A DNA stretch of 40,113 nt from Pelomyxa schiedti (Eukaryota > Protista > Evosea), in contig JAHLWZ010000394.1 of NCBI GenBank assembly GCA_020536535.1, forward strand, positions 1-40,113. Direction: 5' to 3'. The position numbers and the translations under genes were made by a program. Under the pieces are notes generated by a model that worked only from the letters and a program-made list of their open reading frames with translations, had not been told where the DNA came from and ran no database searches. This document shows positions 31,498 through 40,113 of the stretch, in pieces (the first letter of the stretch is position 1; every line of letters starts with the position of its first letter).

Positions 31498-32233
31498 CAG
31501 GAAAAAATTTTGTCCTTTGTTGTCCCGCACCGGACAACCCATCAAAAAAACATCGGGGGCTGGGTTTCGTTCTGAACGTCGTGTGTGACCGTGCTTTTGT
31601 TGTTGGAGGGAGAAAAACGGGGGGGAGTGTGTGGCCTCGATCACGGTGGTGCGACGGTCTTGTGTTTGGGTGTCAGGACAAGTCCACCACTGTTCTGGTG
31701 TGACGTCTATTAAAATCACTGCATAACGACAGTGTGGGCAACACAGTGTTCACATGTGTTTCTTGTTGTCACTCAGGAAACTGGTCTTTTTTGTATTTTA
31801 CCCCAAGTCCCGAAGTCACAGTTGGTGGAATTGTGAAATTTCTGACTCTTTACAAAGAACCCTGCTGGTGACGCAAATCCCGTTTATTGACTTTCTGTTT
31901 CTAACATCCACACAGGTTCACATGACAACAGGCGACCATTATTTGATCTATGCACCTTTGTCCCTTGCAAAGAGCAAGAGAGTCTGCCTGGGTCCCGGTT
32001 GCCGACTCCGGTATGTCCTTCTCCCTTTTTTTTCCCCCAACTAACCAAGGCACAGATTGACAAGCTGCTGTTATGTTCAAGACTTCCGCAAGTTGGCAGC
32101 AAACTTGGTTTGTCCTTTTTATTGGCTTTCTGCTTCTAACATCCAAGTGTGCACTAGTTAAGCAATTTGGAGGCTCACTTTGGTTCCGATTTGACGCTTA
32201 AATTGGGAAATTTTTGGAGTTAGGGTGGACAGG

Positions 32234-33476
32234 ATGGAGTACTCTCAAATGTATTCCGGGAACTAATCAGTTTTCCTGTATGGATAATAATCTTTTTGTT
32301 TAGCATTGCACCGCTCATCGACTATGGGACAACAGAGACACCTACACGCACATTGGGCCCGATCCACAACACTTGTGGCCTTCTGGTCCACCTGCGATCC
32401 CTCGATAGATCGGGCCGTTGGCCTTTCGACCACGTTTCCCAACAGTGCCATTATGGGAGACGATCCCCAACGTTGTCGACCCTCAGGTTTGGTCTTTGGT
32501 GTTTTATCACATCTCATCAGGGCAGATCAGATCACATTTCTTTGGAATTTTCCTTGGTCGGTGCTGTGGCAACCAATCTCTTTGCTTTGCAAGCCGGATG
32601 AAGAAAGAAGGGCATCTGACGGGCGCATCGACTGCTTATGGGACATCGACGGCATCTAGCACTACTAGCGTTGCATCTGCTTCGGAAAACAGCGATAATG
32701 GGAATGGGACTGAGCACGCGGTGGGAATCATGACGCAAGAACACATCTCGATCTCGATCCCACCAACTTCCACAAATTCAAGCACTGAGGACGATTTTAT
32801 TTCCCTCTCTGAGTATGGTAGTGACTGGAGCAGTTTCGAGGTTCCTCCTCCTTTTGTATATTGCCTATTCTTCTTTTTTCATTCTGTCATAACTCTTGTG
32901 CCGTTCCAAAGAGCCCAACTCCCGTTACTGCATCATGCGATTCCAGTCATGAGGCTGATCACACAGTTATGCAACAGCCGAGTGAGGGGCACCAAGGTAT
33001 TGCCTTTTTCTCGGCAGAAATCTTATCATCAACCAGAAAGAAAAAGAGGACGCTATGCCGGCTCCCATTCATTGCAACCACAACATCCCAAGCCGCGTAC
33101 TACAACCACTGCATCCTCCAAACCGCGTACGACAACTATCAAAAGTCCGGCTGCACTGCTGAAAAAGAACAAACAACGCCGTAAGAAGTACGCCGTGATC
33201 TTGGAGAATTCAAAGACAACTGCCACAAATTCTTCCTTAAGCACCTCTGAGGTTCCAACTTTTTCCCCTGCACAGCCTGAGGAGTGTGAACCGCCTGCGT
33301 ATTTGACTCCAGAAAATACCCTCAAGTACAAGGAGGTAGCAATTAGGAAGAAGGAATACCTCGACAAGGCCAACACTTCTGATAGAAAATGGCGCCGACA
33401 AAGAATGCTCAAAAACTCGCTAAGAATGGACAAGCAGATGCAGAAAATGGTACAAAATGACAAATTGCATTATTAA
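32234..33476 (+). CDS. Hypothetical protein, Ser/Thr-rich middle and Lys/Arg-rich C-terminus (probably 5 exons)
   Basis: Phase-compatible GT-AG introns join MEYSQI|IAPLIDY..LSTLS|RMKKEG..WSSFE|SPTPV..EGHQ|ERKRGRY..KLHY*. No family recognised. Basic clusters (KKNKQRRKKY, RKWRRQR) suggest nuclear localisation. Confidence 0.55.
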
Positions 33477-34414
33477 ATAATGTTGGTGGGTTCTAATCTT
33501 TTAAATCCCCCGGAAATAATAAATAAGCTTCAACTAATTCCATGTAAACAGGGTGATGAAGTCGGAACGATTACTAGTGATAATCTGGCACATAATTCAG
33601 TGTGTAACAACTCACCAAATCAAATTAAACTTAACTTAAATTCAAACAGGCACTTGAAGTGAAGGCAGATCAGTATCAGCTGGATTTGTTTATTCTACAT
33701 TGCATGAAGCTTAGGGGTTATCTGCAACTTACACATGAGTAAGACAACATGTGTGGGAATCCAATACGCCTCACTTTTCACAGGTTCGAAAAGAAGAGTG
33801 GAGAGTGTATTCTTTGATTGTGCCCACTTCAGAAGTTTAATGGAAGGCTTGAAGTTCTCTGAATCCAAAGATTACATCTCAGCCTTTACCAGGTTCTTTT
33901 TAACTTAGCATTTAAGCTCCGCTATTTTAACAAAACCAGTCTTCCACCAGTAGTTGTTTCTGTATTTTCCGCATTTGAATCTCTGCTGCATGACCCAGAA
34001 GAGTGTGCCCAGAAGTTAGCAGCAATCAATGAACTCCACCTTGCCGACTCAATATCTGGTACCGGCCTCCATTATCATAGTTACTAACTCCTATAGGTGC
34101 TCCCGGCGAAGCTGTGACGCAATTCTTTACGTGGATAGATAAAAGGATAATACAACCAGAGTTACAGTCCAAGCAACAGATACCGGCTCTCACTTGCTCT
34201 GAAGTTGCTGTAATTCTTAGCTCCTTAAATACCGTCACAGAACATAACACTGCAAACTGTAACCAGAACCCTCAGTCAACCACAAAACCAAACCCCAGGG
34301 CAAATCAACCCAGAAAAAAAAAAAGGTGATGCCGGTGGTGTGGACTGAGTTTTGATCTTCAAAAAAAGCATAAAACGAGAAAGACGGGTCGGAGGCGTGT
34401 GGTGGGCGACGGGT

Positions 34415-34455
34415 GGCGCGCATTGATCGGATTGGACATTCTCGTTACGTCATCT
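34415..34455. promoter_or_regulatory. Possible (bidirectional) promoter: CpG-rich patch with ATTGG (inverted CCAAT) and TTACGTCA (CRE-like)
   Basis: gcgcgcattgatcggattggacattctcgttacgtcatc, lying between two diverging runs of splice-like signals. Confidence 0.25.
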
Positions 34456-35671
34456 CGGCTGTGTTTGCCCGCCGCGCTCTAAAGTATTTTTTTTTTGGAT
34501 TTTTGCTGAAGATGTCATAGGTGGTTGTTGCACAATGCACGCGATGTGTTGTTTGTGTTTAATGAGTGTGCGCCAAATTGGGTATTGTCTGTGTGATTGC
34601 CGATGTTGGTGGCAGCTAACTGAATGCAGAAGCTTTGTTCTTGGTGCCGCCTGAATCTTCTGCTGTACTGGATAGTATTAAGACTTACTGACGTGCACTC
34701 CAAGCTTCCTGTGTGTACCTTTATTGCATTGGTGACCAAAGTGACCACATTCTTCAGAGATGCCAAAAAAGTAATAGATACAAACGGAATGAAAAATTAG
34801 TTGTAGATATAGTTTACATACATACATAATTATATATATATTAGTACATAGTTTATGCTTTAGCTCAGGATCTGATTCTGATGGTTTCCTGAGCTTCAAA
34901 TGTGCAAAGGTACATCACAACCTCTTTGTCTCTGCACTCATCGCACTGCTAGATGATACCAGTGCCGGAAATTGAAATGTTAACTCAACACCGGGAATAT
35001 CCTGCCAGTGCTGACTGAAAACAGGATTCCACCATATCACTTATGCAAGTTATGTCCTGCTTCAACCTATGGCAATGGATTCATTTCACACTTCTCCAAC
35101 AAGGCCATCTGGGAACATATCCCCACCAACCCACAATCCACACCAGGGCTTGCTTGCTGGCATGCCAGCCACCATGGTGTCTCCATAGACTCAAAGAAAA
35201 CATACAATACCAAACACCATTTTTGTTTGTATTCAAATTGCACACTACAAAACACCCTACGTACAGCACTAGGCAATGAATGAACTGTTGTGCGTAACCT
35301 GCAACCTCACGAGCCACTGGGGCATAGAAGTAGCGCTATGGACAGCTGAGACAAGCACCCTAGCTCAAAATAAGTGGAATGGCTGATGTTATATATTATT
35401 TTAAGGCTGCAAAGCTGCTTGAGAGAGGAAGGAGGTAGGAGAGGAGGGAGGGAGGAACAACAGCATGATTGAGTAGTGATTGACTACCACTGCCCAATAG
35501 GGGGTCACCCAAGTACCAGTACCAGTCCTGCCCCCCAATTTATTTTATTTTGAAAGGCCTGACTACCAGGCAAAAGCCTGCTTGTGGTGGCATTGCCTTA
35601 AATGGTCAGCACACTTTGAACCACAGGAAAATTGCTCTGTAAAACACAAAGTGCGCCACCGTGAACCAGTT

Positions 35672-35710
35672 ATGAGGAGACACATGGGGCATGAGAGGGA
35701 AGATGCCCTC
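35672..35710 (-). pseudogene. Degenerate remnant of the repeat-family N-terminal motif (EGIFPLVPRMCRL)
   Basis: atgaggagacacatggggcatgagagggaagatgccctc aligns with the corresponding ~40 nt of copies B and C, with a 2-nt deletion and loss of CpGs. Confidence 0.55.
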
Positions 35711-35732
35711 TGTTATCTGTTAAAAAAGCACA

Positions 35733-37890
35733 CTAGGTGTTGGTGGTCATCAACATTGCATCACCAAGCCAAATGGTTGTGGGGAAAGGAACAAGGTGGT
35801 ACACCTGCTTTGACCAATACTCTACAATGTCAGCAGTTGTGATGTCAGGGAACACCCTCATTGTGAACTGTGCCACTTCTGGTGTCTGGCTGGCAATGGA
35901 CATGAAGTGCCGTTTGGTTGTTACAACTGTGATCCCTGGGAAAACCCTCAGCATCATCTGCCACGTGAGCAGGTCTTTGAAGCCAATCCACAATTCAAAG
36001 TCCCAGCCAAGGCTCAGAAACTGAAGAAATATGAAGATGTTAATCAGTAAAAAACGAATGGATTTCAGTGAAGGGAAATTCTCACACCTCATCCAAGGTG
36101 ATGTGGAAGTTGTTGATGACCCACTCGGCACAACCTGGATGACCCTTGGACAATAAGTTCCTCAGTAATGCATTTTTGTTGAGTCTGATGTCCTCACATC
36201 CAAGATTGAAGTGGGTTATCAACCACTTCACTGATTTGCTGGAGTAGAAGTAAATGGAACTAGGGTTTGCAAGGCACTGGGCAACTTCCTCTTTTGTGAA
36301 TTCACCCATGGAAATGACTTTTTTGACTTGTGACAACTGGGAACCCTGAACAGTGTGGCTGAGTATGCGACTGAGAATATTTGTGCCCACTGCTTTGCTG
36401 GTGATGTGAAACTTCTCAATAAGTAGGAGGGGGGTTTTGTACAACCGCTTTTCTGAAACAAGGAACTGAATGGCTCTCACAATTGCACTAACCTGAGGTG
36501 GTGTGGCCATTGCTGGGTGATTCAGAAGCCACTCCACGCACTCTTGATTCTCACACCAATTAATAGCCTTGCACACCCTCATGAGGATTGCGCCAGCTGC
36601 CTTGCTCTCACTCTTGTATGAAGAAGTGGCCTGATTCAAGATGTTGAAGGTGCTATCCAACCACGTGGAAATGGCACGGTTTCCTCGACCCATTGCAAGT
36701 AGGAATGAATCAAGGATGTGATCCTTGGAAGGCCTCACCCTTTGTGCAAACCATTGCACAAGTTGCACGTTATCATTCCGGTTTTTGCAGGCAGCTTGCA
36801 GCATCGCTACGTTGGGACGAATTGAAGAAGCCTCAACCCACTTGGTCGCATCTTCCACTGCTTCTGCCAGTTCACAGAGGTCACAAATATTTTTTTGCGA
36901 GAGTGAGAATGTTGGACACACCGTTGTTGCCCACTTCAGCACCTCGAGATTGCACATCCCACGGAAATCAATGGTGGCAGGTGTAACCCCAGTGCGTTTC
37001 GCGATGTACTGGAACATATCTGCACACACAGTTGGTGTTCCAGTGACAGAGGGGAACAGTCGTCCACACGAGATTTCACTCGGAGGTGGGGAAACCTTGT
37101 CAACCCACTTCAGAACCTCCAAGCTTCCGCTCTGACATGCCACCCCGTGAATTCCAATACCCATTCCACGGTCATGCTTCACAATCAAAGGAAGCACATC
37201 TGGGGAGGTGGTTACCACCCACTTTGCCACATCAAGGTGTGCCCCTGTCACGGCACCAGCAAGTGGCCACGCGAACTCCCAGGGCTCCCTGAGGTTGAAC
37301 CTCTCAGCAATCCACCTGGCCACTTCCAAGTGCCCGTTGCTGCACACGGTAGTCATCATCTCTGAGCCCCTGATGTGATCCCTGATGTCAAACTCTGAGT
37401 TAGACTCACCCTGCCTGATTGGCCACACGAACCCGTTGGGCCAGCCACCACCATCCACCAGTGCCTTGGCCATTTCCAAGTGACCACCACAGCACAGCCC
37501 CCAGAGCACGCACACCAAATCCTTCTGCGCCCTCCTCGCCCTGCTGCCCCCGTCTCCCTCTCCCGGTCTCCCGCCAGTCATTTTTTCCTCCTCGGCAGGG
37601 GTCTTGTGGTTTGCGAGGAGCCAGCGGACGCAGGACTGGGCGCCTGCCTGCGAGGCCGCGTCGAGGGCCGGGCGGAATTTACGGGAGTGGGCCAGCAGCA
37701 GGGAGCGGCAGGCGCGGGGGACCAGCGGGAACAGGCCCTCGCCGACGCAGATTAGCGCCGCGGCGTCGCGGCCCGAGATCGTCGCGGTCGCGGTGGTGGT
37801 GGCGGGGTGGGACAGGAGGAGACCGGGGGGGAGGAGCCAGGGGAGGACGTGGTCCCACACGATCCGCGACACCATCACACCCCGATCCAT
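35733..37890 (-). CDS. Ankyrin-like helical-repeat family protein, copy E (intron 36021-36087)
   Basis: Most divergent paralogue: SRIVWDHVLPWL, GEGLFPLVPRACR, GLCCGGHLEMAK, and HITLDE|FLSLGW..TWQMMLRVFP. Confidence 0.85.
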
Positions 37891-38108
37891 TGATTTCGTC
37901 GATTGCGTGGCAGGTGTTCACCGAATCGGGACCCGCGGCTGTGTGTGGCCCTTCAATAATGTTTGGGGTTGACGGTGTATTTGATTGATTGATTAACAAG
38001 TTTCCTGTTTCCTCACTTCAAGCATTAATTTTTTGAAGAATGGTGATGGGTTCCGGACTAGAAACAAAATTCAAGAGAGTTGGAACACCTGTTACGGGTG
38101 TAAAGTGC

Positions 38109-40113
38109 TCACCAGGACTGTGCGGGATTTGGTCGTAGTATGGCATCACCAAGCCAAAGCCTGACACTGAGAACCTGGGGTACATGGGACCAGGACTCAG
38201 CAATCCAATCAGTTGTGATGTCAGGAAACATCTGCATTGTGAACTGTGCCATCACTGGTGTGGCTGTCACAAGCCTCAAAAAGTGCTCCTTAACTATTGA
38301 CATCTCTGGGAACACCCTCAGCATCATCTGCCATGTGAACAGATCAAACGTAAGTGGTGGCTTGCCCAAGTTTAACCCAATCACCTGTGACACACAAAGG
38401 TGAGTTAAATGATATTATTTAATAATATCAATTATCAACCTCATCCAAGGTGATGTGGAACCTGTTGATGACCCACTCAGCACAACTTGAATGATCATTG
38501 GCCAGCAGATTCCTCAGTATTGCAATGTTGTTGAGTGTGATGTGCTCACGCCCAAGCTGGAATTGAGTGATCAACCACTTCACTGATTTGCTTGAGAACA
38601 AATAAGGGCAATCGGGGATTGCAAGGCACTGTGCAACAGCATCTTTCGTGAATTCACACATGGAAATCACCTTCTTGACTTGTGTGAGATCACCACCTTG
38701 AACACTTTCCTTCAACACACCAATGAGAACTTCAGTGCGAGTTGGTTCACTGATGATGGGGAACTTCTCAATGATGAGGAGTGGTGTTGCTGACAAATTC
38801 TTTTTGAACACAAGGTGCCTCACAGCTTTCACAATCGTGGTTTCATCAACGCTGACCAGCATTGGATGATTCAGGATCCATGCCACACCCTCCAACCTTT
38901 CCCCAAAAAACATTTTCTTGCAGACATTAACGAGGATTGACACAGCTCCACATTTTTCCACAATGTGGAAGGTGTCATCCAGCCATGATGCAACTGCTGT
39001 GTTGCTGCGTTCCAAAGAACTGACCAAGGAATCTTGGAGAATTTCGCCAGAAGGTGCAACTTTGGACGCCAACCATTGCACAAGCTGCACGTCATCTTCG
39101 GAGTTTCTGCAGGCTGCACAGAACGCTGACAAATTTGGGTGGATTTCCTTCTCTTCAACCACCCACTTGGCCATCTCATGGGCACTTGAGGCCACTTCAC
39201 ACAGGTGCTCAAGATTTTCCTTGGAGAGTGTGAATTCTGGAAACGCTGATGTGGCCCACTTGAGTACATCCAAGCTGCCAATTTTCCCGAAGAATTCTTC
39301 TTCAGAGGAAGTGGGCCAATCAGAGGGTGCAGGACTGTGATCCTTGACGAACTGGCAAACTTCCACAGTTTCTCCTTTTCTCTCACTGTCCCCAATGCAT
39401 GGGATCAGCGTGGAACAATTTTTCCCACGTTCCAGTGGAAAATTCTCAAAGCACCACTTCACAACACCCAAGTTTCCACTTTGGCATGCTTCGTAGTGTA
39501 TTTCCACCCAACAATTATGTCTAATGAGCAAAGGGATCACGTGTGCAGACTGGCTGGCTGCCCACTTGGCCAACTCCAAGTGTCCCCCTCTCACAGCACC
39601 AACGAGTGCCCAGATGAGCTCCCAAGGCTCGTCCCTGATGTTGAACCTCTCCACCAGCCACCTCGCAACGCCCATGTGCCCCTTGTCACACACTCTCTCC
39701 AGGAGGTTGGATGACTTCACATGATAAGCAAGGTCCCAATCAACTCCCCTGCTGCTACCACTCCTCCCACTGGACCAACTTCCCAGGGTTCTTCTCTCTC
39801 TTCTGCCAGACCTCTCCTTTTTCCACCACGTTATTCCAGGCCATTCACCCTTTCCGCCACCATCATCACAATCCACCAGCATCTGTGCCGTCTCCAAATG
39901 GCCACCACAGCACAGCCCGTCCAGGACACACATCAACTCCCTTTTCTCTTTCCCTTCCTCAGTGCTGAAATTGCTCCCTTCGGCGTTATTGCGGGATTTG
40001 AGGAGCCAACAGAGGCAGGAGCTGGCGCCGGCCTCTGCGGCTGCACCGAGGGCGGTGTAGAACTTATGGGTCCGCGAGAGGATGAGGCGACACACGCGGG
40101 GCACGAGGGGGAA
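38109..40113 (-). CDS. Ankyrin-like helical-repeat family protein, copy F (intron 38385-38439; 5' end outside the window)
   Basis: Near-identical to copy C over most of exon 1; same intron position. Confidence 0.85.

Larger units (their letters stand above)
22598..40113 (-). repeat. Head-to-tail tandem array of six paralogous genes (A-D, E-F)
   Basis: Six ~2.1-2.2 kb units on the same strand, sharing intron position and C-terminal exon. Confidence 0.92.

Noticed and set aside
33552-33600. C/D snoRNA (GTGATGA box C-like)
   Set aside because: No suitably placed CTGA box D or terminal stem.
22598-40113. Array units as transposable elements
   Set aside because: No terminal inverted or long terminal repeats, target-site duplications, or transposase/RT motifs; the units are intron-containing genes.

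Overview
Gene-dense, intron-rich eukaryotic DNA. Introns are mostly 35-70 nt GT-AG with very weak donor consensus; the style suggests a protist, most likely an amoebozoan/archamoeba such as Pelomyxa (inference only). Contents in order: (i) a ~0.92-kb segment duplicated across a 100-N gap, carrying an Elongin B-like gene and the start of eIF3L; (ii) eIF3L; (iii) a very large type I membrane protein (signal peptide, 2 carbohydrate-binding-like beta-domains, pentraxin/LamG, LRRs, IPT/TIG, ~30 EGF repeats, TM); (iv) a protein with two CXC/CRC zinc clusters fused to an atypical PKDCC/POMK-like kinase core, whose motif spacing implies a GC-AG intron; (v) an integrin-beta-like gene (PSI + beta-I/vWA with a degenerate MIDAS, a stalk of ~30 CGxCGG/CDG repeats, a GxxxG TM helix and an NxxY tail); (vi) a tandem array of six paralogous ~650-740 aa ankyrin-like helical-repeat genes with patchwork gene conversion and hypervariable islands, interrupted by a hypothetical basic protein gene and an unexplained ~2-kb region. 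All gene models were spliced by hand, no database searches were run, and family assignments come from remembered motifs.
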